This document shows positions 12,672 to 25,400 of a DNA stretch of 64,000 bases, piece by piece; position 1 is the stretch's first letter; each line of letters begins with the position of its first letter. The notes beneath the pieces were generated by a model. The model was not told where the DNA came from. It made no database searches and worked only from the letters and a program-made list of their open reading frames with translations. The translations under genes were made by a program, and so were the position numbers. The stretch comes from Camelus dromedarius (lineage: Eukaryota): assembly GCF_036321535.1 (NCBI RefSeq), contig NC_087437.1:69008001-69072000 (forward strand). Reading direction: 5' to 3'.

Positions 12672-13994
12672 ATGAAGAGTCTATAATTACATTTGGTATG
12701 GCATAATTACTTGTTTTATATATATCTTCCCCCCTCACCTCTACTTTCTGTAAGGAAAGGTTGAGTTGATTTTGTTTAGCAGCGTATTTCTGCTGCCTAG
12801 GTTAGGGCTTAGCACATAGTAGATGTTCAATACAAAGTTAATGATATCCACATATTTATTGTGTCTGTTTTATGTGTCTGTTTCTCCATGGGACTGCACT
12901 CTCAATGAGGAGACACCAAGTTCCTTTCCATCAGTGGAGCAACAGCATGAAACATAGCACCTGACACGAGGTTGATGCGCCATCATTTTTTCTTAAGTAA
13001 ATGAAAAATTAAAGATTTTTGTTATTTTCAGGAGGATGAAATGCAAGGTTAACATATATTCTCTTTTCTCTCCCCAAATCTTCTTTAAACCCGACTTTTT
13101 CCGCATTCTTAGGTCAACAAAACTTAGCCCACAGGAATAATTTGTCTGTAGTGATAATTAGTCCAAGATTGAAAGATTTTGTTTTAAGGCAGAAAACATA
13201 ACTTTTCTTCTCTGTATAATAATTACTTACAGTCTGATTATTTCAGTCTAAACGATAGAAGAAGGTGATATTTTAAAGTCAGAGAAGGAAGCTGTCTTCC
13301 TCAGTGATCTCTTGCCTACCAAGAATTCATAATCTATCAGGAAAAGTAGACATGTAAACCAACAATCATATTACCATGAGAAAGAGAAGAGACTATGTCT
13401 GTAGTTTCTCATCACCCAGAATCATGCCTGGTTTAGAGTAGGCACCTGCTAGATGAACTTAAAAGGACCTGGTATAACCCTAACAGTAATAAGGTTTCAT
13501 AAATGGCCACTTTCACTTTTCTCCTGATAGAAACTCAATGTGTATTAGCTTGGTGTTTCATAAAGGACCTAGCTGTGTTCGCTGAGGAATTTTAAGGGAT
13601 CTCCAAGTTACAATGTTTTACTGAGACTCAGTCTGGATTTTGAGGAAGAAAGACAGTGAAGGGGAGAAACCTTTTTTCACTGGTTTTGTCCCAGTATTTG
13701 CATAGGTGAACACTACCTCCTGTCCACACTAGAGCAGCTCTCATTCCTAAGACCCTACCTCATGGGGCTTCAGCTCCATCTGTTTTCTCATGAAATGACT
13801 TTCCCCTCGCCTCACTTATCAAAATCTTACTTGCCACTTAATGCCCAACTCAAAAGCTCCTTCTGCCATGAAGCCCAGTAGATCTCGCCCTCCTTGAACC
13901 GGCACTAACTTTTTGTTATATTCATGGCACTTGATAACAGCTGTTTGGAATTCCATGATCTGAACTTGTATCCTATCTATTTAGGTGAAAAGAA

Positions 13995-14160
13995 CTCTTA
14001 ATAGTGCAAGAAGCATGAGCTTTGAGTAATGTAGGTTTTTAGTCTCAGTCTTGGCTATTTGGCGTTTGGAAAATTATGTAATTTACTTAAGACTCACATC
14101 CATTATCTGTAAAATGGAGCTGATAACATTGTGGTTTAAATCATATAGCATCTATAAAAA
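13995..14160 (+). mobile_element. MIR fragment
   Basis: aagaagcatgagctttgagt...atctgtaaaatggagctgataa. Confidence 0.6.
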
Positions 14161-14279
14161 TATATTAGATTTTTGATAAACCTCACTGCTCTACCATGTC
14201 CTTTTCATTAAACTAGACATTTCTAGTTTCTTCTTTTTAGTCTAGAATAGCACATAAAAAGGAAATGCACAATATTTAT

Positions 14280-14970
14280 AATAAACTTATTTTTAGAAGA
14301 GCTTTAGATTTACAGAAAAATTGTGAAGATAGTATAGAAAGTTTCCATTTATCTTGCATGAAATTTCCCATTAACTCCACTATATATATGTAGCAATTTG
14401 AGAATTGTTAACTTGTACCCCAATGAGAAGCAAATTTATTAACCTTCAAAGTAATAGGTCATCACCTTTTCCCCCACCCTCTTCAATAAGGTGGTTTCAT
14501 ACCTTTGTGATATAGTTCATTTTTTTATAGTCCTTGACCTCATAAATACTTTTTTAATTTGCATGCACTAAAGATTCACTTTTGTGATTTAAAGTTCTAT
14601 GAGTTTTAACAAATTCATGATGTCATGTATCCACTATTGCAATATCATACAGAGTAGTTTCACCATCCTGAGAAATGCATGCTTCACCTATTCGCCTTCC
14701 TCCATCCAGCCCTGGAGTCCCTGAAAACCACTCATCTTTTTATTATCTCCATAGTTTTCCATTTCCCAGAACGTCATATAATTGGAATCACACAGTATGT
14801 AGCATTTCAGACAGCTTCTTTCGCTTAGCAATATGCATTTAAGATTCATCCATGTCTTTTTGTGGCTTGACCACTCATTCCTTTTTATTGCTCAATAATA
14901 TTCCCTTGTAAGGCCATACCACAGTTTCTTTATTCACTTATGAAGAAACATCTTGTTGCTTCAAGTTTTT
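14280..14970 (-). mobile_element. L1MC-type 3' end
   Basis: tttagatttacagaaaaattgtgaagatagta, aagttctatgagttttaacaaa, ttggaatcacacagtatgtagc. Confidence 0.85.
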
Positions 14971-15794
14971 GACACATTTTTTGTCAATGAAAGAATGGAA
15001 TATGGGATTGAGTGAGGAAAACCACGTCCTCAGGTTTAAAGATTTAGAAAAGGGAAATAACCTAAGTCCTTTCATTTATTTCAACCTCACCTTATCGGCT
15101 ACCTCTTCCTTCCTTGACAACCCATGCCTGCCTAACTGGGAATTTATTTCCAACTACTTGTCACTGAGGAGTGTAGCTTTTGAAGTGAAAAAATTTTGCA
15201 GAATTATTGTACATAGCCTAGAATTCATCAGAAATCTAAGAACAAAGAAGGCTCTATTATCACACTCTTTTCCTTGAAGAATATATGGATGAAGCCCATT
15301 AGACATGAAAGATAAAAACAAGCCAGACATACAGCCATCATAAATAATTGCAAACGTATTACAACTATTATAGTTTTATTCAGATGCTATAGTTAAAGTT
15401 CCCCATTTCTGGACTTTTATGGACCAGGACTGTAAGGTATGATAGGCGACAGGTACACAGGAGATAAAATACCTGGAGATGGTAACTATATGTAGGCTTT
15501 TATTTTTAATAGCAGGTTGATGGAAAATGCATATGCTATGCTTTTTTTTTTTTTTAATTCTGTGCTGAAGGAGCCTCAAAACCTCTCCAGATTGGAATGC
15601 TATACCCTTTATAACTTGGAAGCAGAATTATTGGGGAACCAACTCTGAAGCAGGAAAGAGAACACACCATTCTCGCTGAAGCATGCCAATTCCAAGGCTG
15701 ATTCATATTCCAAATTGAGTTGTTTTGCCTTTCTTAGCTTTACTTTGAATCCATTTCCAAGCTATAATCTGTAGACAACTGTTCGCCCACGTAC

Positions 15795-15929
15795 CTGTGG
15801 TTAGGGCATTGTGAGACAGCTTTGCCTTTATTCCATATTAAATGTAAAAATTACTTTAATGCAGCACTGAAGTAAAAATGCTGTAGGCACTCCAGAAAAT
15901 AAAAGCCAGAAATTTCTAACTTAATGGTC
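15795..15929 (-). other. Candidate exon (135 nt)
   Basis: Acceptor atttttcttttgcag|GACC and donor CAG|gtacgt; unique sequence; no transcript evidence. Confidence 0.3.
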
Positions 15930-16704
15930 CTGCAAAAGAAAAATCTCAGCTTCATTGTGTATCCTGTGCATATCACAGTGTACATTTGACATAAAGCTGA
16001 AAGATAAATGAGGTAAACCATTTTCATCTTACTACTTATTACGAAGGATTAGAAAAATATATGAAAGGCCAGCCGGGGTCTTACTCTTTCCCGTGTTTTC
16101 CTCTTGTGTATCTCTCTGGGCAGGGCATTCTTAAGTCAGATTTCTGAGATGAGCACAGGAAGAGGGCAGAGAGGAGAACTGTGCTCAAACGTACAACCTA
16201 GTTGAATATGGTCTTTTCAGTCTTGTAAACTATCAACCAGTTTTTGTACTAAAATGTTTTAATATTTTTTTCATTTTTTTTAATTGTAGAGTGATCTTTC
16301 ATCTAATCAATATTTATTGAATGCCTACTTTGGCCACGGAATGCTGATCAGTTCTGAAGTGATACCAAAGTTCTAAGGCAGTAGGTCAGATTTGTGACCT
16401 ACTTAGAGAAAACAGACTTAGGCTCAAACGATGTTAACAGTAAGACAGGATATGGTTAAATGCCAAGGTTATAGTTTATCCAAGGTTTATGGATAAAGCC
16501 CATTAGACACAAAAGAGAAAAAACAGTGGTATAGACCAGCTGTTCCCATGAAAGAGACACTGGTGGCATTGCATAAGAAAACCACAGGATCTCCTGAAAC
16601 TATTGGTGTAGTCAGAATGCCATAAAATCTCCGAAAAGAGAGAGACAGCATCGTGGAACCAGAGTATTTAAGAAGGGTGTCAAAAAGAGGGCAACTAGAC
16701 CAAG

Positions 16705-17208
16705 GGATTTGTTACCTTTTGCTGCATAACAACCCCCACCAAAATGTAGTGCTTTAAAACAACTAGTTTATTTAGTTTACAATTTTGTGGGTGACTGAAT
16801 AGTTGTTCTAGTTCATGCTGGTTTTGCTGACTTCTACAGAGTCTCTCATGCACATGTAGGAAGCTGGGGGGTTGGCTGATGGCTGTTAATTAAGGAAGGC
16901 CTCTATTCTGTGTCTGGTCATTCTTCACTGTAAGCTGGAGTGCTCCTCCATCATGCTGGCTTAGGTGCATGAACATGTTGTTCTTAAGGTTCCAAGTGCA
17001 ACAAGAATGGGGAAGTCCTGATGCAAGTTCACTTTTCAAGTCTCTGCTGAGTCATGTTTCCTATTGTCCCATTGGCAAAAGCTGGCCACGAGACAACATG
17101 GAAAATTAGAAGCCGCATTTTGATTGGAGGAACTACAGATTCACCTCGCAAAGTGGTATTCATCTGAGGATGGGAAAAGTCTATGGCCATTGTTTTCAAT
17201 ATATCATA
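16705..17208 (-). mobile_element. MLT1 (MaLR) solo LTR
   Basis: ttgctgcataacaaccc...aaaatgtagtgctttaaaacaac; gtcccattggcaaaagc. Confidence 0.8.
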
Positions 17209-17279
17209 ATGTATAGAGCAGTAAGTAAAGATGTAGCTTCAGTCGAGTAGAGTTAATGTTGAAAAGAAGTGAAGAAATA

Positions 17280-18110
17280 CACTTGCCACTAGAAGGATTT
17301 TGCCTGGGGGAAAAAGAGATGACTAAAGGTTTTATGACTATTAAGGTAAAATTTGGGTTGAGCATAGTTTAAAAGAGAGAAAATCTAGAGAAACATTCAG
17401 TTTTTGTGAAAGCTGTTAGCACTATCTGGCACCTAGCAGGTGCTCACTAAATAATTCCTGTATCTTAATCTGAATCCAGATGTAAAGTAATAAGGACATG
17501 CACTGTGGTAATGATGGGAATGTAATGAAAGTGCCAGATGTGGGAGGTAATTTACAATGAATTATTAGCATCCCTTGATTACTGACAGTTTAGGAGGTTA
17601 TAGGAGATAAGTAAAAGGAAATAAAAAAGATAGCTTCAAGGTTTCAATCCTTGGTGGGAAGACTGCTAACACATTAACAGATACAGAGAAGGAAGAATTT
17701 CCTGGAGGAAGGTTTTGTTTAGACACATTAAATTTTATTGGATGGCAGCATATCCCGTTGATCACGTTCAGTAGAGCATTGGAAATATGGGTGCAAAGCT
17801 TGAGAAAAGGTCAGAAATATATGAATAAATTGGTATTATTATCCATCTTCCACATAGAGACGATGAGGAAATGTAATAACTGTATGAGGTGTCTTGAGAC
17901 AGAGTACAGAGAGAAAAACAGAGCATGGATAATGAACCTTAAAGGATGACCACTGAAGGAACAAAAAGAGGAAAGAAATCAGAAAAGGAATATTAATGAA
18001 AAAGAGCAGAGGAAAGAGTGACCAAGGGATGAGGGGCAGGGGCAGGGGGAACAGTGTCACAGGAAGTCTGAGGCCAAAATAGGAAAAAGGTTTCATAAAC
18101 AAGTTCATGA
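17280..18110 (-). mobile_element. L2 fragment
   Basis: Purine-rich antisense L2 pattern (ttttagacacattaaatttt, gcattggaaatatggg, acagtgtcacaggaagtc). Confidence 0.6.
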
Positions 18111-18384
18111 GTTTTTATCAGGAGTATTAGAAAAGAGAAATCAATTTTTATTGTTTAACAATAACCAACAAAAGCGGTTGGCATGAGGCTGTCGATAATG
18201 CAGAAGTCTAGAAAGGTAACTGAGGCCAAATTCCCAGTTGCAAGATACCTCCCCCGGGTCAAGAAGATCTAACCCCTAAACTCCCTGTGTTTTGACCCAT
18301 CAGCCAGGCTCACCATTTGCAACATTTGAAGTAGAGCAGTTGGACATGAAGATAAGGAAATTCTCTGACCTGTGTGTTAGTATT

Positions 18385-18960
18385 TGTTAGCAGATGGGGA
18401 ACCCCCTAAAAGGAGGAGAACCCCAGAGTAGGTTCTTGTCTTCCGGCCATGAAAGAATTCACAGGGGAGACAAAGGGGCAAAGTGAAAGCTGCTTTATTG
18501 CTCAAAAGAGAAAAAGAGGAAAAGACACTCAAGTGAAAAGACACTTGGGTCAGGGAGTTGTAAGGGCAGGTGTCTTGCTGTAAGAACTCCTACTTTTGGG
18601 GGTCTCAGCTAGGTCCTTTTATCTATTTCTTTGATGTTTCTTGATCTCTTTCCATTGGCTGCTCCTTTCCCGCTTGCTTTCCAGTTTGTTCTGCTCTGTG
18701 GAACAAACACTCTGCCAAAACAAGATTCGGTGACCAGGGACCCTTAAACAACGTGGTGGAGCTATATCGAGTGAGCGAGACCCTTAAACACTGCGGTCAC
18801 GTGGAGTAGGTCTAGACAGGGCTTTCTGTTCCTTCAGGGTGGCTTTTTCCATCACTCAAGCAGAAGTATCACTAAGGCCAACTGCAGGTTAATTTTGAAC
18901 CTTTAAAGAAGTCTAGGCAACAGGTCCCGGTTTCGGTTCTCTGGTTCTCTGCCTCCTGCA
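18385..18960 (-). mobile_element. ERV1-class (MER4/MER41-group-like) solo LTR
   Basis: ggttcttgtcttcc...aaagaattca...aaagtgaaagctgctttatt (AATAAA on minus); TG...CA ends; CpGs retained; no clean TSD found. Confidence 0.7.
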
Positions 18961-21900
18961 TGGGCAGAGTCAAGATTTCCTTCCTTCATTCTCTTCTTCT
19001 CATTTCTGCTTTTTAAACTGATGCCCAGGTTTGTTATCGCCTAGGATTGGATGTGTGTCCACTGCTGGCTCAGCTGCTTGCTGATATGCTGACAAAGTCT
19101 ATGGAGGCAGGCAGACCTTGGGGCCCATGGTTTACACTGTGGTCAGTGTGGGTACGGTTTCCTAGTGCCATGCAGCACAAAATGTGTATGACTATTTGTG
19201 ACAGTTTAGGCTGGAAGGAAACCATTTCTGAGTAATTTACACTCTAATGTAGAAGAAGGACAAGCAGAAAGGAAAAAAAAAATAGCCAGTGTTTTTTTAA
19301 AAATTGCAAAATGTTTATTTCTTAGAGAGATCAAGGTAAAGGAATCAGCGACTAGAGAGAGCTGTGCAGGAGATTCTGGGAAGTATTTGTTTGTAGGAGG
19401 GTTAGTAGACGAAATCCTCTGAAAGAGAGCTCATGCTGGAGAGAAGTCAATGACAAGGTTGGAAAACGAAATATGTGGGTCTCCAAACACCAGGTTATGT
19501 AGTTTGGATACATCCCTAGGCTACACAGAAATCTGAGGGAAAGCAGCATTTTCAGAAGAATTCAAAGAGAAGGGAAGCAGTTAGGGAATGTTTTCGGGCA
19601 GAATACTTACCTTTTTTTTTTTTTTAATTTTAAGAGTTATGTACATGTGCAACAGCAGAAGCCCATCTGATCTGCTTAGCCAAAGTAAATAGTCTGAGAT
19701 GAAGTAAATCTGTGTGATAAGCCCTGCACATTTATTTTACAATTTATTTCTGGATTCCTAGGGACATTTTGTGAATTGAGTACTTTTCACACGAATCCCT
19801 ATCTTTCATCCTTGTAAGAAAACTTCAGTACACACACTGAATGAAATGCAAGTCATTAAAAGTGAATTTACAGTGATCAGTGCCAAACATATTTTCCTAG
19901 TCTAGTCTTATTCTTATGGTTCTTCTTCAAATTAAATGATGTAAGTTAAGACTGTCATAATCTTGTTGACTTGTTTAATTTGCGAAGCAGACTTGTCATT
20001 GAGTTGATAGGAATGAATCAATGGTTAATCAGTTTAAATAGCAATCATTACGGAACATATTCATGGGAACTTAATTACTGTACAGTAGTGCTATGTCAAG
20101 CGTGAAAAAGCATTAAAATACACTAGGATGTGTCAACAGGCAATGTCAGAGTGCAATGGACAATGAACCCATTACACTTTTATATTTTTAAGCACTTTAC
20201 TTGGACAAATCATCAGATCTCAGTGATAACTTGCAAAATATGCAAATTAGTAATATTACACTTCCAAGCAAGCCACGACACATTCTTGGCCTGTTTGTAC
20301 ATTCACCGTATTTAATACAATTCACCATCAGGGTTGCTGTGGTTGAGTACAGATTCAGATTTCATCTGAAATTCTGGTGATGATCTAGGCAGGTGGTGAA
20401 AACTACGCTGTCTATTTAAGCAACTTCATCTAGATCTAGCTTATTTCCTTGTGATATTTTGTACTTTATAATCTAGCTTATTTGGGGGGGGGGCAAAACT
20501 TGCCTTGGAAAACAGGAACACATGCATGAGACAATGGAAAAGCAAATATTCACGCAAAGGTGCTGAACTCTGTAGAGTGTTTACCATGGCCAGGTAAGAT
20601 TGGGCCTGAATTAGAGGCTGAGATGGGGGCTCTGTAAGCAATGAAGGGAAGAAGAAAGTTCCTATAGAGATAGGAGAGTAATGCAAGGAGAAATATGCCT
20701 AGTTCAGAGTTCTGAAATCAGGTTGGAATAGGAGATCACAAACATATTGACGGTAGGAAATCAACACTTACTGAGATATGTTTTTACAGTTGTCAGTTCT
20801 ATCCATCCGCTCCTTCTGTCTCAGATACAGACACGCATTCACCACACACTGTGAGCACGTGCATGCACGCACACACCCACTCTCCTTTCATGGTTAGAGA
20901 TGATGAAATCAACATTATTGCTACCCTTATCTCTTCACTAGCCGTCACCCCAAATTCTTCCGCTGAACTTTTATTAAAAACTCCATTCCAAAAGCCAGAT
21001 CATCAGTTAGGAGGGAAAATATTATTTTGCTGTCAAATGGAACCCTTTGTCTCCTATTCTGACTCAAAGGTGAAATAGGAAATAAACTATTATAACTGTT
21101 TCTCTAAGTCATTTTTTTCTGACAGTCTCTGAAGCTTATTGATAAGAACACTCGTGTCTTGAGGGCTTTTATTTTGCATCTCCTCTTTCCATGGCTTCTA
21201 TAAGAGATGTGGTATTTCTATCCATCTCCACCTTAATTAAAATGGTGCTTGGAAAATGGGAGGGGTAAGGAAAAGGCAAGAAGAGCTCATTTTAGTTAAG
21301 AGAATACATTTTAAAAAAAGAAACCAATTGACTTGACAGTAGAGGCAAAAATCAAAACACACGGTGATTCCGAAAGCCAAAAGGAAACAGAATACAAGGG
21401 TATGTAAGCTTTGTCCAAAAGCTACAGGACTATTCTGACTGATACAGGCTTTCTGTTTTCAAATCTCAGCTGCTCCTATGTTCACTCAGAAATTTCATAT
21501 CCCTTTTTATTGCTCTAGAGAAAAAGAATAGCCTCTTGATGGATCCATTGCTGTGACAATTGCACCCATAGTACAAAACTCTTCTTTCCCAGATTCCAGT
21601 ATGCTAGTGCCAGGGAGGTGCAAATGGTTGGGGATTACTGGCTCACAGTCAAAGTTAAATTCACCCAGGCTCCTGAAAAACTGAAATTTACACCATTTCA
21701 TCTATGGACCATTTTTCGAGAAAAGATACACAATTCCACGCCTGTGTGCTCACGTGATCTACAGCTGCAGAGTTAACTTTATCAAGTGCTCCTTCCTCAA
21801 CTCAAAAATTTCCAAGCTTCACGCTTACAGTAACACTGTAGGGATAAGGACATATTAGTCCATTCTACTAAACTACTTACGGAAAAAAAGGAAGGAGTAG

Positions 21901-22996
21901 TGAGAGAGGGCAGTCACACCATGTGGGCATTGCTCAGGGCCTTGACTTTTAGAGCCACTGGACAAACGCAAAAACGATGAGTTTTTCACCTCCACAAAAT
22001 TTTCTCCCATCAAATATACACAGTGATAATCCGTATGAATAGTACTGTGAAAATAATGCAATCAGATAAGTGAAGAGAAAAGAAAAGCATTCTGATAAGT
22101 TCAAAGAAAATGCATCCTAGAGACTGGAAGATATCATAAGTAATACTTCTTCCAGAATTTTATAGAGACAGTGAAGAGAAGAGCTGAAGCAGCTGACGTT
22201 GAAAGTTCTTGATGAAAGCACCCTGAATTATCCATGCCAGCTCTCTAATAAATCAGATTCCCTAGAAAATTTTTCTTTTCTTCCTTCTACTTTACCCTAA
22301 AGATCTGATAAGCATCCCATCCAAAGGGAAGCAAGCTGACCTTAAAAATTTCAGACTTGGAATCAATCCCCACTGAAAGAAGCTACTGCTGTCTCTCAGA
22401 CCAAAAGTAGAACATGAAATCCATACTGGCTCATTAAAACCCTAGACTTCTTCAGGCCCATCTGTAATGATGACAAGTAGTAATCAATGTGATTGCAATA
22501 TGTGCTTAATGCCTTCCTATTTCAACACATACATACATGTAGCAGGGTTTAGGAGAGATTGGAAATATTTCAGGATGGTTTTGATCTCTTAAGATTTCAG
22601 ACTGTACCATGGTTTCTATTATGCGATGTAATTGAAATGGGTGAGGATCTAGGTAAGAGAGAAGATGCTATTGTGACTTTTTCTCCCATTGTGGGCTTTT
22701 TGGGTTTCAGCAGCCCAACACTCTCAGTCTGTAAGGTGATACCCAAAAATACTGAACATAAGCCAAACCACTATCTACTGTTAACACTCAGAGACCATAC
22801 AACCAGCAAATGTTTCCTTCTGGGAAGCCTCTGAGGACCCCAATTACTCTGAATCAAGAGAGAAGTCAGTCAGGCTTGAAGTAAGGGGCTTGCATTTCAG
22901 ATCAGCAGAGAGGGAAAAGTGTGATGACCGGATGAAGTTTCTGGGCTTGTCAGAGCTGCTGGAAACTATTACTGTCAGACTTCCCACCTCCCTTAC

Positions 22997-23059
22997 GTCC
23001 CTCCTTCTCCTTGACGGTATCGATAGGAAATGCAATCAGATCCATTCTTCCTCATCTTC
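22997..23059 (-). other. Candidate exon (63 nt)
   Basis: Acceptor cctcttgttcttgcag|GAAGATGAGGAAGAA (purine-rich, ESE-like) and donor GAC|gtaagg. Confidence 0.3.
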
Positions 23060-23699
23060 CTGCAAGAACAAGAGGTTGTTTACTGACATTTTCTGAATTT
23101 CACTGAGAAGTTACTTTTCTGGACCGAATTCCAAAGAATTCCGAAGAATCCCCTACGTTTCTCCCCATTCAGAATTAAAACCCAGGAGGTGCTTCTCAGG
23201 GAGAAGAAAGAAGGAATGTCTACAGCTGTGTTTGCTGCCAGAGGGCTTAGTGAACCATTGAAGGTGCCACAGCCTCTTTAATTGAGTTTCAGTTTGGTTC
23301 ACACATGGGAGTCCGGTTGTCACAAGGGAATTATAAAGGGACACACTGTCCTTCATGGCCTTGGAGGCTGGTGTAGTAGAGGATGAGAAGAACATTATTC
23401 ACAGAGATTGTCCATCCTCCTTAGATGGGGTCAGATGACAGGGGTCCTTGAGCAGGGAGGCACTGGAGCTGTGCTTCCAGGATGAATATGAGAGTCCAGG
23501 TAGCCAAATGCTACTCACTCTTTAAACATTTGCTCCTCTAGTGGTTGCAGTAAAAAGTATATGGGCTTTCTGAGTAAATAATTGCTTCCCTGGCTTCTAA
23601 GACCAGCTGTCTGTCTGCATCTGTAACATATTTAGATAGCTTTGGTCAAGTAGCTTTATTATAGATTATGTTCTGTGTTTTTAAAGAGAATAATTAAAA

Positions 23700-23972
23700 T
23701 AATTTTAACTATGATTGAAAAACATAATACAGAATTTATCATTTTAACCATTTTTAAGTGTACAGTTCAACAGTGTTAAATAAAGTCAAATTGTTATGCA
23801 ACAGATCTCCAGAACTTTTTCATCTTGCAAAACTGAAACTCGATACCCACTGAAAAACAGCTTCGCATTTACCCCTTCCTCCAGCCCCTGGCAACCACCA
23901 TTCTGTTTTCTGTCCTATGAGTTTGACTACTTCAGATACTTCAGATAAGTGGAATCACATAGTATTTTGTCT
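23700..23972 (-). mobile_element. L1MA10/L1MB-type 3' end
   Basis: ttaaccatttttaagtgtacagttca, agatctccagaactttttcatcttgcaaaactgaaactc, ccagcccctggcaaccaccattct. Confidence 0.9.
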
Positions 23973-24754
23973 CTATTTTGTGTTTTTATTCAAGTAGTTG
24001 ATATGTAGTTAATACTGGCTTAGCATTAATTCCACAAAAATTGGGTTACTCTGTTCTAGCAACTATGGTATGTCCTGAGAAAAAAGTTTCAGTTCTCATG
24101 AAGCTTGTGATCTAGTGGAGGAAATATATTTGAACAGTCACTACATGGCAATGTAATATATGCCATAATAGAGATATATGCGTAATACTGCTTCAAATAA
24201 TCATCTTGTTTTCAACAAAATACTTGCTACCATGTTGCCACAAAATTTCCCTTGCATTTCTGTATTCTCACCACAGGTGCTATTTCCTGAAAACTGAGAT
24301 CATATTTAAATCCTTCTATTTAAAAGTCCAAGATCACTTTTAATTTTCCACAATTTGTGCATTGATTTACAATGTCTTAAGTCATAAGTTTGTCATTTTT
24401 TAGTCTTGGAGACTCAGAATGAAAAGCACCCCCCACCCTGCAACCCACACAATACTTTTTTTTCCCCTCCTTTCTCTATCAGCTCTGTAGTTTTCTTTTG
24501 TATTTGATGTATGAGCATTCTTTTCCATCCTCTTAAGATTTCATGTCTTCTGCCAGGGATTCTTCCCCTCTGTGGTATGTACAGTATACTTTCTAGAAAT
24601 CTGTATTTTTGGCATTAAAAGCTACCATTTGATATGTTTTCCTTTGAAACACCTCAGAGTAATCGTCACTTTGAATGTCTACATTTAAAAATTTCTTCAA
24701 AACGATAATCTTAAGATGAAAATTCCACTTACATCCAAAATTTCTACTCAGATG

Positions 24755-24910
24755 TTAGAATGATAGAATTGAGGTTCTTGAAGGGACCCTAAATACCACT
24801 GGCATCTGTGCTCTTCATTTTGAAAATCAGAGGAAAAAAGCCTGGAAAGTAGGAAATGACTTGTCCAAGGTCAAAGTTGCTGAAGATACACAGCCCAGGG
24901 TTCCTCTGGC
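24755..24910 (-). mobile_element. MIR fragment
   Basis: aaatgacttgtccaaggtca...cccagg. Confidence 0.6.
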
Positions 24911-25277
24911 TCAACCATTTGTTCTCACTTGAGCCAACAGAGTGGGCGGCAAATGGTGGGTCTGATGAGTCCTGGGAGGCACAGCGTCAGCCCTGGAGAG
25001 CTGCTCTGGGAAAATGCAGACCCCTCGGTCAGCCCTGTGAGTCTGCACAAAGACACTTCTGCAAGTGACGGTGCTCTCATCTTCCTCTTAAGGTCTGTGA
25101 TAAGATGCCTTGAATTTATTAGTGCCTGTAAGTCCTACTTAGTATAATGTGGCTCATGGGAAGTAGCTGCTGCTTCAGCTGCTATGAGAAAAGACATATA
25201 ATGACTTTATTTTAGGTAATACAGTTTTTTTTTCTCCTTTTTGTATGTGCCAGGTCCTTCCTCTAAATCTCCTTTAC

Positions 25278-25400
25278 CATTCATTCATTCCACAAGAGGT
25301 CATTGAGCTTCTGATGCATTCCTGCCATTTTATTTGGCACTGGGCATAACACAGTGAATAAGATAGACTTGTCTCCACCTTCATGACTGCTTTCAGAACA
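25278..25400 (-). mobile_element. L2 3' tail
   Basis: cattcattcattcc...cattgagc...ggcactgggcataacacagtgaataagatagac. Confidence 0.75.

Noticed and set aside
23036..23059. Terminal-exon reading EDEEEWI* (acidic-Trp C-terminus) from the same acceptor
   Set aside because: No matching upstream exon or known protein could be identified; kept only as an alternative phase of the 63-nt candidate
23531..23544. CTCF-like motif CCACTAGAGGAGCA (similar partial matches at 26134-26147 and 33580-33593)
   Set aside because: Mismatches at core positions; cannot be supported without PWM scoring or ChIP data
24955..25025. CTGATGA...GAAA resembling a hammerhead ribozyme core
   Set aside because: No stem II closing G-C pair before GAAA and no stem III or cleavage triplet; only a simple gggtctg/cagaccc pairing
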